Assembly (NCBI GenBank): GCA_027310185.1
Contig: DAIDBH010000014.1
Coordinates: forward strand, 1-64,000
From: Thermoplasmatales archaeon
GTDB taxonomy: Archaea; Thermoplasmatota; Thermoplasmata; Thermoplasmatales; Thermoplasmataceae
Length of the DNA: 64,000 bases
Direction of reading: 5' to 3'
Shown piece after piece: positions 48,262-58,984 of this stretch (position 1 is the first letter of the stretch; each line of letters opens with the position of its first letter). The notes beneath the pieces are model-generated. The model was not told the DNA's origin, made no database searches, and saw nothing but the letters and a program-made list of their open reading frames with translations. Both the position numbers and the translations under genes were made by a program.

Positions 48262-49229
48262 CAGTTACCTTTTGGTACTTCCATCTTATCCAGATATTCC
48301 TTTACTATGGCTTCTGGACTTATTTCATCCATGACCTGTTCAGGCTTCAGTATTATCCTGTGCGCAAGACACTCTATTGCCACATTTTTAACATCATCTG
48401 GTATTACATAATCCCTTCCATCAATCATTGCCATGGCCTGGGCCAGTCTCATCAATGAGATAATTCCCCTTGGACTTGGTCCTGCCATTACCCTCTTGTC
48501 ATCCCTTATCTGCCTGAATTGAGAGATGTAACTGGTGATCTCATCACTTACCGTTATTTTTTCCGATGTCTTTTGCAGTTCGATGATCTTGGAAGCATCC
48601 ATCAGTCTTGTCGCCATGGAACTTGGGTCATTTGTTCCCCATAATTTTCTTCTTCTCAAAATTTCCAGGTCATCCTTTGGATAACCGAACGAAAGCCTGA
48701 TCATGAACCTGTCCATCTGTGCCTCTGGCAGTGGATATGTGCCCTCGAATTCTATTGGATTCTGTGTTGCAATCACGATGAATGGCGGAGGAAGCTTTAT
48801 CGTTTCTCCTTCAATTGTTACCTGCCTTTCTTCCATGGATTCAAGGAGAGCGGCCTGTGTTTTTGGAGGTGCCCTGTTTATTTCATCTGCAAGTATGAGG
48901 TTGGAAAATACGGGGCCCTTTACCAGTTCAAAATTGCCCGTAGAAGCCCTCCAGATCTTTGTACCGGTGATATCACTTGGAAGCAGGTCTGGAGTGAACT
49001 GGATCCTCTTGAATCCTATGCCGAGAACATTTGAGAATAATTTTGCTACAAACGTTTTTCCAATTCCTGGATTGTCCTGCAATAATACATGGCCAGAAGC
49101 CATTATTGATGCAGTTATCTTTTTCAATGGATCACTATCGCCAACAAAAAACTTTGATATTTCGCTTACTATGGAACCTGATTCCTTAACACTTTCACTC
49201 ACGTCTTTTTCTAAACTGTCATTGTTCAT
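48261..49229 (-). CDS. moxR: MoxR-family AAA+ ATPase
   Basis: PGIGKT, RIQFTPDLLPSDITG, ADEINRAPPKTQAALLE, ATQNPIE, AQMDRF. Confidence 0.95.
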   Translation of the reverse strand: MNNDSLEKDVSESVKESGSIVSEISKFFVGDSDPLKKITASIMASGHVLLQDNPGIGKTFVAKLFSNVLGIGFKRIQFTPDLLPSDITGTKIWRASTGNFELVKGPVFSNLILADEINRAPPKTQAALLESMEERQVTIEGETIKLPPPFIVIATQNPIEFEGTYPLPEAQMDRFMIRLSFGYPKDDLEILRRRKLWGTNDPSSMATRLMDASKIIELQKTSEKITVSDEITSYISQFRQIRDDKRVMAGPSPRGIISLMRLAQAMAMIDGRDYVIPDDVKNVAIECLAHRIILKPEQVMDEISPEAIVKEYLDKMEVPKGN

Positions 49230-50349
49230 TTTTTTCACCCACTGCCCCCATATATTTCAATAGATTTTCCGTAATATTCTTCCTTCTTGAAACTTCATTT
49301 TCATAAATCCTGCTATTCCTCTTTGCAACTCCAAGTGCAACAGATCTCGGTGGAGTGTATTCAGTTGTCTGCTTCAACAATCTTAAAATGAAATCGAGGT
49401 CCATGCCCCTTTCTGTAAGATACTTTGTTACGGCAATTATGAGTTGCTCCTTTGCTCCTTCATTCTCAAATATCTCAACTGCCTTTCCCATATATGATAT
49501 ATCCGAGTAAGACGTGAGATTTGAGACCTTCTCAAATTTGTTGAATGTTGTTAGATTGGAATCCTCCAGCTTCCTGGAAGAGCTTTTGTAAAGGGCCTTG
49601 ACTGCATAAAGGATCCCTATGAGGAGGATGATTGTGAAGAAAATAAGAAATATGTAGGAATATGAATTGGATGAGAATTCTATATACAGTCCCAGGAATA
49701 GGCCCAGTATGAAGAAGAATGTACCTATGGAGCCACGAATATTCACTATCTGAGAGGATAATATTGAATTCTGCTCATTTTTAGAGTCAAGTCCAAAATA
49801 GAAAAATGATGTCACAACAAGGGCAATGAAGGTTGACAGCAGGCCATATGAGATCGGCAGGACCCTGCTAACGTCCGTGAAAAGGGCATATAGTATAAGA
49901 ATGAGCAGGGAAGTGGTGAAGGGTGTTATAAACATGGCAAATCTTGGCCAGTCCCTGTTTACTCCATCTATCTTTCCCATCTTTCTTCCGGTGAAGAAGA
50001 TGGAAAGTGATATCAGGATTGGAAAAAGCGCAGTTTCCTGCAAGTAATGGGTTGGATTGACAGCCTGTAGAAATGGTGAAAATAGAAAAATCCAGAAGAA
50101 TAAAATGAACACAAATGGGAATAGGAGATACCAGAAGGCATAATATGGCCCAGTTTTTTCAATTTTTTTCAATAATGTTCCTATTCCATATGCAAACACC
50201 AGAACGTCAAGTAGAATTACTAGGGAAGCCGTGATGGATGGAAATGTTATATAGATGGGCAGGAGCAGGATTATCCCAATCAGGAACAGGATATATCCCA
50301 GTAAATTATCGTATGATTTCTTTTTAATCTGATTATTTTCCAACAGCAA
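49219..50349 (-). CDS. Multi-pass membrane protein of the MoxR operon
   Basis: 7-8 TM segments plus a soluble C-terminal domain; overlaps the moxR start. Confidence 0.75.
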   Translation of the reverse strand: MLLENNQIKKKSYDNLLGYILFLIGIILLLPIYITFPSITASLVILLDVLVFAYGIGTLLKKIEKTGPYYAFWYLLFPFVFILFFWIFLFSPFLQAVNPTHYLQETALFPILISLSIFFTGRKMGKIDGVNRDWPRFAMFITPFTTSLLILILYALFTDVSRVLPISYGLLSTFIALVVTSFFYFGLDSKNEQNSILSSQIVNIRGSIGTFFFILGLFLGLYIEFSSNSYSYIFLIFFTIILLIGILYAVKALYKSSSRKLEDSNLTTFNKFEKVSNLTSYSDISYMGKAVEIFENEGAKEQLIIAVTKYLTERGMDLDFILRLLKQTTEYTPPRSVALGVAKRNSRIYENEVSRRKNITENLLKYMGAVGEKNEQ

Positions 50350-50352
50350 CCC

Positions 50353-51510
50353 CTACATAAACATTTTAGGATCTTTCATTGCGTTTTTAAGATACCTTAG
50401 GAATTCGTAATATTCATTACTATTAATTCTTTTTTGTCCATAATATATCCGTTCATATAACTTAATCAATTTATCAGCGTCTGATTTGCTCTTTATCAGG
50501 TTCTGGAAATCGCTTGAATTTTCCAGTTCCCTTAAGGTCCTGTTCTTCAATGACTTCAGAATATCATTTCCAAGATTTCCTGTTAACTGTTTCTGGGCGT
50601 CCTCCCGGATGTTTATTCCCACTATATCCTTTTCTTCACTTCCATCATTCCAGATGCCCTTGATAATATTTTTTCCCCTGTTCAGGGTCATCCTTATCTT
50701 TCCTTCGGTCACATTACCCTTCAGGTTGCTGTCTGATGAATCAATCTGCATATTCCTGCTTATCTCTACATTGAGCGGGCTGGCATAATCCCAGATAAGT
50801 GGCATATCCTGAGGAATCTCAGGTTTTATGTAGCCTTTTCCCTCCCAGCCCATGAAATTTTTAAGTTTTAGGATATAATTCCCTGAATCGTCATCCCTGT
50901 GGGTATTAGTTTCTGATACAGCCTGAAGTACGTCATTCTTTTCACTTCTTGAATCGTAGGATTCCTTGTAATCTTTCCTGACGCCATTTTTCTTATTTAC
51001 CTTCTTGTTTGGTTTTTTTCCGCTCATTGATTTAATGGCGTAAAGACTCATTATTACGGCGATTGCTATGACCACTACGAGCAGGAATATGGGATTCAGT
51101 ATGATCTGCTGGAGGACAGTCACTTTATTATTTACGTTGCTTGAGGAACCATGACCGCCTCCACCGCCAGAGGATGAAGAAGTTGTATTCGCCTTGGTTA
51201 AATTAAAGTTAAGCGGTGGCAAGGTAACATTGAATTGTGGCCATTTAATATGGAAATTCGGGAGCTTGAAAATTGAACCCAGATTGAGATTCAGGCTTGG
51301 CAGTTTAAAATTGAAATTGGGTAGGCTGAACCCAAAGCCATTTCCCAACCCACTCCCAGGGCCACTTCCTGAACCTGTTCCTCCTCCGCTGCCGGACCCA
51401 CTTCCAGGACTGGATGAATGAATTACAGGTACCGATGAAAGGGATGATATAAGAATCCATGTGACAATCACTATTGCAACTATTGATATCACGGCCTTCT
51501 TATACCCCAT
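50353..51510 (-). CDS. Two-TM protein with Gly/Ser linkers, LPxFNF repeats and a DUF4129-like C-terminus
   Basis: TM - GS linker - repeats - GS linker - TM; C-terminal TLRE...LIKLYERIYYG resembles DUF4129. Confidence 0.7.
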   Translation of the reverse strand: MGYKKAVISIVAIVIVTWILISSLSSVPVIHSSSPGSGSGSGGGTGSGSGPGSGLGNGFGFSLPNFNFKLPSLNLNLGSIFKLPNFHIKWPQFNVTLPPLNFNLTKANTTSSSSGGGGGHGSSSNVNNKVTVLQQIILNPIFLLVVVIAIAVIMSLYAIKSMSGKKPNKKVNKKNGVRKDYKESYDSRSEKNDVLQAVSETNTHRDDDSGNYILKLKNFMGWEGKGYIKPEIPQDMPLIWDYASPLNVEISRNMQIDSSDSNLKGNVTEGKIRMTLNRGKNIIKGIWNDGSEEKDIVGINIREDAQKQLTGNLGNDILKSLKNRTLRELENSSDFQNLIKSKSDADKLIKLYERIYYGQKRINSNEYYEFLRYLKNAMKDPKMFM

Positions 51511-51758
51511 ATATAGTTATGCAGAATTTGTAATATAAATTTTTGTTTCTTTTTTCCGTAAATTAATGATCTTTTCCATCACTTTAAATTTGGAAAAGCA
51601 TCAATCTGTTACCTATCTGCAACAACAATGATGTATTTTTTTAAATTCTAAAAAAATCAGAGGGAAATAGTTATCATGTGGTATTCGTGAAAGATTATTC
51701 TCCGATGTCCTTGTTTCTTCGTAATAAATATATATGTATGTAACGTATTGTCTATTCA

Positions 51759-52394
51759 ATGATTGTACTTGAACCAGATGAAAATGAAATTCTCGAAGAA
51801 AAGAGCGTTATGGTACAGAATGGCGCACGAGTAGAGGATGGAAAACTACACGTAACAAATAAGAGAATCATTTATGAAAAACTTGGTGAAAGAAGATTAA
51901 GAAGGGCTGAAGCATCAAAAATATTCCTGGAAATTCCAATGTATGATGTCCTTAATGTTTCTTCAGCAGTTCCAAAAATGAGCCTTCTTACAAAAAAGAA
52001 ACTTGCTGTTGAATTCAGGAAGGATGGAGACATGCAAACTGTTGAGTTTGAAATAAAGAAGCCAGAAGGAATAGTAGACATCATCAAGAACTGGGCAACG
52101 ACCTCAAAGAGGGAGCATGAAGATAGATTGAGGCAGGAAGATCAGGAAAGATTCAGGAGAGAAGTTGAGATGGCAAAGGCCAAGTCTAACAAGAGTAATG
52201 TCAATGTCATCAGCTTTGGGAGAAATGGTAGCCAGCCCAGTTCCCAGAATAAGGGTACAGACATCACCCATGACAACAAAGCAAATCTTCCAAAGCCAGC
52301 AGAAACTGTGGAGGTTTGCCCTGAGTGTGGTAGTTACATTCCTGAAGGTAGCAAATTCTGCCCTGAATGCGGATACAAACTGAAGAAGTTATAA
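51759..52394 (+). CDS. PH/GRAM-like domain plus C-terminal zinc ribbon protein
   Basis: GKLHVTNKRIIYE...EIP; coiled coil; CPECG....GSKFCPECG. Confidence 0.75.
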   Translation: MIVLEPDENEILEEKSVMVQNGARVEDGKLHVTNKRIIYEKLGERRLRRAEASKIFLEIPMYDVLNVSSAVPKMSLLTKKKLAVEFRKDGDMQTVEFEIKKPEGIVDIIKNWATTSKREHEDRLRQEDQERFRREVEMAKAKSNKSNVNVISFGRNGSQPSSQNKGTDITHDNKANLPKPAETVEVCPECGSYIPEGSKFCPECGYKLKKL

Positions 52395-52523
52395 GAATAA
52401 GTTTGAAAATTTACATAAGACCCTGATTAAGTATTTTCCAAAAGTTATTCCTAAAAACAAGTTGTATCATTTTTTTAAAAAAAATCAAGCAAAATCTTAA
52501 TACTGAAATTTCCATAATGAAGA

Positions 52524-54482
52524 GTGGACTCAAATAACGAATCTATTGAAGATTGGGTAAACAGTGAAAACATTCAAACTACAAAAGATGTAGAAGTGCC
52601 AAAGATTCTTTTTGATCAGGTTATCGGTCAGGAAAGCGCTGGAGAAGTTGTGAAAAAAGCAGCGCTCCAGAAAAGGCACGTGTTGTTGTTAGGTGAGCCT
52701 GGAACAGGTAAGTCCATGCTTGCACAATCAATGGTGGATTTCTTGCCCAAGGAGGAACTCGAGGATATTGTGGTTTTCCATAATCCCGAGGATAATAACC
52801 GTCCAAAAATAAAAACTTTCCCGGCTGGCAAGGGAAAGGAAATAGTGAGACAGTACCAGATAAGGGCTGAGCAGGATAAGAAGGACAAATCCAGGATGAT
52901 TATGACCATAGTGTTCTCAATCTTTATCGTTGGACTGATTCTGTCAATTCTTACACTGAACTATTATATAGTGTTTCTCGCACTGCTCGTAGCTGTTATG
53001 ATATACTTCTTCGCTTCAATGAACCCGGCGATGAGATCAGAAAGAGCTATGATTCCTAAGATTCTGGTGTCACATACACCAAATGATAAACCACCATTCG
53101 TTGATTCAACAGGCGTTCATTCCGGTGCGCTTCTTGGTGATGTAAGGCATGATCCGTTCCAGTCAGGTGGATTGGAAACCCCTTCCCACGACAGGGTTGA
53201 GGCTGGAAATATACACAAGGCTGACAAGGGAGTTCTGTTCATAGATGAAATTAACCTGTTGAGGCCGGAAAGCCAGCAGGCATTACTCACTGCAATGCAG
53301 GAAAAAAAGTTCCCAATATCAGGACAGAGTGAAAGAAGTACAGGTGCCCTTGTACAGACTGAACCTGTTCCATGTGATTTTGTTCTAGTTGCTGCAGGGA
53401 ATCTTGACGCATTGCAGGGAATGCATCCGGCGCTCAGATCAAGGATCAGGGGATACGGTTACGAAGTATATGTAAGGGATTCAATGGAGGACAATGAAGA
53501 AAACAGGAAGAAATTACTTCAGTTCATTGCCCAGGAAGTTGTAAAAGACAAGAAGATACCCCATTTTGACAAAAGTGCAATAATAGAGATAATGAAAGAG
53601 GCACAGAAAAGATCGGGGAGAAGAGGCAAACTGACTCTGAGATTGAGAGAGCTCGGTGGATTGATCAGAGCTTCAGGGGATGTGGCAATTTCGGAGAAGG
53701 CATCGGTCGTTACTTCAGACCATGTAATCAAGGCCAAAGATTTTAGTAAACCGGTTGAGCAGCAGATTGCAGATAGATCACTAGAGGTGAAACAGCTCTA
53801 CAAGACTTTCCACAATAAAGGTTCCGAAGTAGGAACGGTAAACGGTCTTGCAGTTATGGGAGCTAACTCAGGAATGGCAGAATATACGGGAATTGTCATG
53901 CCTATTGTTGCAGAGATCACACCTTCACAGACAAAGGGACACGGAAGTGTTTTTGCAACTGGAAAGCTTGGAGAAATTGCAAAGGAAGCGGTGCAGAATG
54001 TCTCCGCTGTCTTCAAGAAGATAAGCGGGAAGGATCTTTCTGATCTTGACATCCATATACAGTTCATTGGAACTTACGAGGGCGTAGAAGGTGACAGCGC
54101 AAGTGTTTCAATCGCTACAGCCGTAATATCAGCCATAGAGGAGATACCCATAAAGCAGAATCTTGCCATGACAGGTTCGCTGAGTGTTAGGGGTAATGTT
54201 CTTCCAGTGGGAGGTGTTACTGCAAAGGTCGAGGCAGCTATTGATGCTGGACTGGAGGAAGTAATAGTCCCCGCGTCCAACTTTGGTGATATAATCCTCG
54301 ATCAGAAATACACGGACAAGATCAAGATAATACCGGTCTCCACTATTGAGGAAGTACTTGATGAAGCCCTGGAAAAAACTGAAGAAAAAAAGTTGCTATT
54401 TGAACGGATAGCAGAGCTTCTAAAACCAGCAAGTGCACTTTCCCCAGCCAAGAAGGGAAGGACTGGAACCAGTGCCGCCTGA
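52524..54482 (+). CDS. lonB: Membrane-anchored ATP-dependent protease LonB
   Basis: [15 protein letters not shown], two-TM insert, [13 protein letters not shown], catalytic EGDSAS, GGVTAK. Confidence 0.96.
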   Translation: MDSNNESIEDWVNSENIQTTKDVEVPKILFDQVIGQESAGEVVKKAALQKRHVLLLGEPGTGKSMLAQSMVDFLPKEELEDIVVFHNPEDNNRPKIKTFPAGKGKEIVRQYQIRAEQDKKDKSRMIMTIVFSIFIVGLILSILTLNYYIVFLALLVAVMIYFFASMNPAMRSERAMIPKILVSHTPNDKPPFVDSTGVHSGALLGDVRHDPFQSGGLETPSHDRVEAGNIHKADKGVLFIDEINLLRPESQQALLTAMQEKKFPISGQSERSTGALVQTEPVPCDFVLVAAGNLDALQGMHPALRSRIRGYGYEVYVRDSMEDNEENRKKLLQFIAQEVVKDKKIPHFDKSAIIEIMKEAQKRSGRRGKLTLRLRELGGLIRASGDVAISEKASVVTSDHVIKAKDFSKPVEQQIADRSLEVKQLYKTFHNKGSEVGTVNGLAVMGANSGMAEYTGIVMPIVAEITPSQTKGHGSVFATGKLGEIAKEAVQNVSAVFKKISGKDLSDLDIHIQFIGTYEGVEGDSASVSIATAVISAIEEIPIKQNLAMTGSLSVRGNVLPVGGVTAKVEAAIDAGLEEVIVPASNFGDIILDQKYTDKIKIIPVSTIEEVLDEALEKTEEKKLLFERIAELLKPASALSPAKKGRTGTSAA

Positions 54483-54873
54483 AGTTGTTAAACTTGTCTC
54501 TGATTCCATGCCAATCAGGGAAATAGATCAAAGTCTCCATATCAATCATTCATTTTTCAAGAGAGAAATAGGGAAGCCTGCCCTGGTAGAAGCCTGGGAA
54601 AGATCAATGAAATTTTCAAGAACCAGGATAAGGGACAGGAGCATGTATTTTTTATGCCTTATTACTGGAGAATCACACTTAGATAGAGCGAAGGAATTAG
54701 GAGGATATGGACTTGATGACAGAACTTCCTACTTAATTTTTGAAGATCATGATAGGAATTTCATTGATGATATTAAAGGGGTAAAAAGTTATCCCTATGG
54801 AAAATTAGCAGACGAGGGAAAGACATTTTATTTTGAAATGACTATGGCTGAACTTGAGTTGATCCGAAAATGA
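54472..54873 (+). CDS. KEOPS subunit Cgi121-like protein (start uncertain)
   Basis: AWERSMK...[26 protein letters not shown] resembles the Cgi121 core. Confidence 0.55.
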   Translation: MPPEVVKLVSDSMPIREIDQSLHINHSFFKREIGKPALVEAWERSMKFSRTRIRDRSMYFLCLITGESHLDRAKELGGYGLDDRTSYLIFEDHDRNFIDDIKGVKSYPYGKLADEGKTFYFEMTMAELELIRK

Positions 54874-55772
54874 CAGTAAATAAATTTCTTGCCTATACCG
54901 GGCATATAAACCTTGATGTTGTGCTTAAGGTTGACAAGATAAATGATAATGTTACCCTGCCAGTAAGTGAAGTGAAGGAAACGTTTGGAGGCACTGCGGG
55001 AAATTTTGCGATGATTGCCTCAAAACTAGGAATGAAATTCAGGCTATATTCCATTATTTCGAGGGTAAGCCATGGGAGTTACATAAAGAAATTGAATGAA
55101 CTGAATATAGATCTCAGTGGGGTCAAGATAACCGATGAAAGCTACGGACCGGTCTGCTATGCAGTTAACGATGGAGAAAAACAGAAATATTTCCTTGCGG
55201 AAGGGCCGATGAAATATGAAAAATATGATATCCTGGACGAAAAGTATGAACATCTCCATCTTGGAACAGGAAACCCGGAACTGAATGTTCAGATGGTTGA
55301 AAATGCAAGGTTTGATTCTCTCTCCTTTGATCCTTCACAGGAAGTATTCTTCAAGTACGGAAAAAATGAACTCAGGTATTTCCTTGAAAAATGTGAATTT
55401 ATAATGGGAAACGAAGAAGAAATAAATTTCATGTTCAAAACATCTGAGATTGACATGAAAGATTATGCCGGTGAAAAGCACAAAGTCATAATGACTGCAG
55501 GTTCCAGAGGTGCTTATGTCTACAGTTCCAGGAATACACATGTATATCCCTTTGATGAAGTTGTGGAAGGTGGCAATACCCTTGGTGCTGGAGACTCCTT
55601 CAGAGCCGGTTTCTATTACGGATTGAAGAATGGCATGAATGTCGTTGATGCTGTAAAATGTGGAAATGCAACTTCATTTGTAATAGTTAAGAACGGGATA
55701 GAAAATGCTGAACTTGTCGGCGAAGAGATATTAAGCATGGCAAAAAAGTTAAAGGCAGAGGAAATTGCGTGA
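54870..55772 (+). CDS. PfkB-family carbohydrate/nucleoside kinase
   Basis: GHINLD, FGGTAGN, FDPSQ, GNEEE, TLGAGDSFRAG. Confidence 0.9.
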   Translation: MTVNKFLAYTGHINLDVVLKVDKINDNVTLPVSEVKETFGGTAGNFAMIASKLGMKFRLYSIISRVSHGSYIKKLNELNIDLSGVKITDESYGPVCYAVNDGEKQKYFLAEGPMKYEKYDILDEKYEHLHLGTGNPELNVQMVENARFDSLSFDPSQEVFFKYGKNELRYFLEKCEFIMGNEEEINFMFKTSEIDMKDYAGEKHKVIMTAGSRGAYVYSSRNTHVYPFDEVVEGGNTLGAGDSFRAGFYYGLKNGMNVVDAVKCGNATSFVIVKNGIENAELVGEEILSMAKKLKAEEIA

Positions 55773-55773
55773 T

Positions 55774-56298
55774 ATGACAGTTTACACATTTGAGGGAAGA
55801 GTCCCAAGCATATCAGGAGATTCGTACATATCTCCAAGCGCAACAGTGATTGGTGACGTTACAATTACAGGTCAGGTATGGGTTGGCCCTGGTGCGGTTA
55901 TAAGGGGAGATTATGGGAAGATTATCATAGGAAATGGAACTGCGGTGGAAGATAATGTGGTTATTCACGCCAGGCCTGGGGAGGTGACCACCATAGGAGA
56001 ACATGTTACACTTGGCCACTCATGTGTTATCCATACTGCAACCATAGAGGATTATGCAGTAATAGGGATGCACTCAACCATAACCGATTTTGCAAAGGTA
56101 GGAAGGTGGGCGGTTATAGCTGAACACGCGCTTGTAAAAACAAGGCAGGTAATTGAACCGGAGAAGATAGCAGGGGGTGTACCGGCCAAGGTTATAAAGG
56201 ATGTGTCTGAAGACTACAAGGCCCTGTGGGAAGACTACAAATATAATTACACTTCTTTCTGCAAGAGATATAAGGATAACCTCAGGGAAAAATTATAA
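55774..56298 (+). CDS. Gamma carbonic anhydrase-family hexapeptide-repeat protein
   Basis: VIGDV, IRGD, EDNVVIH, GH...H zinc ligands, GVPAKVIK. Confidence 0.92.
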   Translation: MTVYTFEGRVPSISGDSYISPSATVIGDVTITGQVWVGPGAVIRGDYGKIIIGNGTAVEDNVVIHARPGEVTTIGEHVTLGHSCVIHTATIEDYAVIGMHSTITDFAKVGRWAVIAEHALVKTRQVIEPEKIAGGVPAKVIKDVSEDYKALWEDYKYNYTSFCKRYKDNLREKL

Positions 56299-56321
56299 TA
56301 GCGCTTTCTTTCTTTCATGTT

Positions 56322-57539
56322 ATGGAAGAAAGGTTCGATATAAAAGGAACATCACTGAGGATAATTCTTGATTCCAGAGGAAACAAGACAGTTGAGGCTA
56401 CAGTTGTATTAAATTCTGGTGCAAAGGGTATATGTTCTGCACCTGCCGGAGCAAGTACGGGAGCAACAGAGGTTATACCATTCAGGGATGGAAGGGCAGA
56501 AGAGAGCCTGAATTTTTTTGAGAGAAATGTTAAGGAATCACTGAAGGGATTCAATGGGTTCAATCAGTCAGGTTTTGATAATCTCTTGAAAAATATAGAC
56601 GGGACTGAGAACTTCTCTTCAATGGGTGGCAATGTTTCCACAGCCCTGTCTGTTGCACTGGCAAAGGCAATTTCCAGTGAGCTTGGAATTCCACTTTACA
56701 GATATGCAGGTGGAAATTTCAGGATGAAAGCACCGAAACCCATTGGAAATGTGATTGGTGGTGGAAAACACGCAATTAATGGAACAACATTCCAGGAATT
56801 CCTTGTTTCCAATGATTCTTCCTCGTTTCTGGAGGCCATAGAAATAAATGCCCTTATCCATAAGAGGATCGGGCAGAAGGCAAAGGCTATAATGAAGAAC
56901 GTCAGCATTGGTGTCGGTGATGAGAGGGCCTGGGTCCTTTCAATAAGTGATGATCAGGCAATGCAGCTACTGAAAGATTCAGCGGACGAGATAGCTGAAG
57001 AGAAGAAGGTGAAGGTTTATCTTGGTTTTGATGCTGCTGCTTCAAGTTTTTACGAAAAGGGAAAATATGTGTACAAGGAAAAGAAGAGGGACCAGGGAGA
57101 ACAGATCCAGTATGTGCTTGATGCCCACAGGAACTACAGTTTTTACTATATGGAAGATCCAATGGACGAGGCCGATTTTGAAGGCCACGCTGAAATAACA
57201 AAGGCAGTGGGAAAGAAAGCCCTCATAGTTGGAGACGATCTCTATACAACCAATGCCAGCAGGATCAGGAAGGGTATAGAAACAAAGGCTACAAATGGCG
57301 TACTCATCAAGGTGAATCAGATAGGAACACTTACAGACACGTGGGATGCTGTAAAGGTAGCAACATCAGCATCCATGGAAAACGTGATCTCCCATAGAAG
57401 TGGAGAAACAACTGACGACTTCATTGCACATCTCTCCCTGGCATTCTCATCTACCTTCATAAAAAGTGGAACCATAGGAGGAGAGAGACTTGCAAAGTTA
57501 AATGAACTTGCGAGACTTCAGGAAGAGATTGAGCACTGA
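56322..57539 (+). CDS. eno: Enolase
   Basis: DSRGNKTVEA, GASTG, EDP, VGDDL, KVNQIGT, SHRSGET. Confidence 0.97.
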   Translation: MEERFDIKGTSLRIILDSRGNKTVEATVVLNSGAKGICSAPAGASTGATEVIPFRDGRAEESLNFFERNVKESLKGFNGFNQSGFDNLLKNIDGTENFSSMGGNVSTALSVALAKAISSELGIPLYRYAGGNFRMKAPKPIGNVIGGGKHAINGTTFQEFLVSNDSSSFLEAIEINALIHKRIGQKAKAIMKNVSIGVGDERAWVLSISDDQAMQLLKDSADEIAEEKKVKVYLGFDAAASSFYEKGKYVYKEKKRDQGEQIQYVLDAHRNYSFYYMEDPMDEADFEGHAEITKAVGKKALIVGDDLYTTNASRIRKGIETKATNGVLIKVNQIGTLTDTWDAVKVATSASMENVISHRSGETTDDFIAHLSLAFSSTFIKSGTIGGERLAKLNELARLQEEIEH

Positions 57540-58341
57540 AAATTTAAACATAATAGGTTCCGGTCTTCGCGGGACCGGCAGCCTGACCATGATCGAGATG
57601 GACGTCCTTAACAGATCAGATCATGTTTTCATTGATGGCTATACGTCCATATTCCCTGAAGATTTCAGGGAGGATCTGGAGAGAAGAATTTCAAAGCCAG
57701 TGATCTATCTCAGGAGAGAGGAAGTTGAGACTTTTTCATTTATAAGAGATAGCAACGGGGAAATTTCACTCATAGTATCAGGTGATCCCATGACTTCAAC
57801 AACTCATTTTTCCATAATCGGTTACTGCAAACTTAATAATATAAAATGGAGGATTTTTGAAAATGCATCCATTACCGGGGCAGTCCCAGGTAGGACAGGA
57901 CTATCGTCATACCGCACCGGAATAACCGTTTCCTTGCCTGAGATGTATGAAAATTTTGTCCCTGTAAGTCCACTACAGAAAATTGTGGGAAACCTGAGGA
58001 ACATGCTTCACACAATCCTCCTCATTGACCTGAAAAATGGCAGGAACCTTGACATAGGGAGAGTTCATGAAATAATGGAAATAATGATGGATAAATTGGG
58101 TTTTCAAGATATTTCGGGTATTCCAGTATTGATTCTTCAGAGGGTGGGATGGCAGGATGAACATATTTTTACTTCCACATTGGACAAAATGGGTAATTTG
58201 AAAGTGGAGTCACCATACTGCATAGTGGTTCCATTCAGGCCAGACTCAAATGAGATAGAGAACATGAGATCTGTCGGCATTGCGGAAACGTCAATATTCG
58301 AGAAATTCAATTACGAAAAAGCACTTGAAAAACTTGGATGA
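57529..58341 (+). CDS. dph5: Diphthine synthase
   Basis: IIGSGL, DGYTS, SGDPMTSTTH, NASI, HTILLID; TTG at 57529 chosen as start. Confidence 0.85.
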   Translation: MSTENLNIIGSGLRGTGSLTMIEMDVLNRSDHVFIDGYTSIFPEDFREDLERRISKPVIYLRREEVETFSFIRDSNGEISLIVSGDPMTSTTHFSIIGYCKLNNIKWRIFENASITGAVPGRTGLSSYRTGITVSLPEMYENFVPVSPLQKIVGNLRNMLHTILLIDLKNGRNLDIGRVHEIMEIMMDKLGFQDISGIPVLILQRVGWQDEHIFTSTLDKMGNLKVESPYCIVVPFRPDSNEIENMRSVGIAETSIFEKFNYEKALEKLG

Positions 58342-58519
58342 ATAATTGAAATAATTCCCTGAACATCTTAGAATTCATTAACTCAAAACTTGGTTTATTC
58401 ATCTTCAAAGTACAAACACTGAGTGAAAAGGGTGGAATTGTTGAAAATAGAATTACATAAAATCTGAACCTTCAAGAATAAATCTAAAAAATATTAAACA
58501 CTTACGTTATACAGAATCC

Positions 58520-58984
58520 ATGTCTTTTGAAATGCAGGTTGACGCTATTAAGTACGGAGAGGAGATTTCTGACAAATACACTTGCAAGGGACAGAATATA
58601 TCTCCTGAAATCAAGTGGAAGGATGCTCCATCGTCCACGAAAGAAATTGTCCTGTTTATGGATGACCCTGATGCACCCAGGAAATCTTTCAATCACTGGT
58701 GCATGAGAAATATTCAGTCTTCTGTTGGCACAATTCACGAGAATGTTCCTATTTCCGAAAAGACGCAGGAAGGATGGATTCAGCTAAAAAATGATTTTGG
58801 AAAAAATGGATACGGTGGTCCATGTCCTCCGGGAAAGAAAACGCATAAATATACTGTAACATTATATGCACTTGTAAGACCATTGAATGACCATGAAACA
58901 GCAGATAGGGAAAGTATGCGAAAACTCTGCGAAACACTGATGGTCAAAAAGGTTACATGGATGTTTACATATGGAAAAAAATGA
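58520..58984 (+). CDS. YbhB/YbcL PEBP-family protein
   Basis: DDPDAP, HW, YGGPCPP, H.Y...LYAL. Confidence 0.93.
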   Translation: MSFEMQVDAIKYGEEISDKYTCKGQNISPEIKWKDAPSSTKEIVLFMDDPDAPRKSFNHWCMRNIQSSVGTIHENVPISEKTQEGWIQLKNDFGKNGYGGPCPPGKKTHKYTVTLYALVRPLNDHETADRESMRKLCETLMVKKVTWMFTYGKK

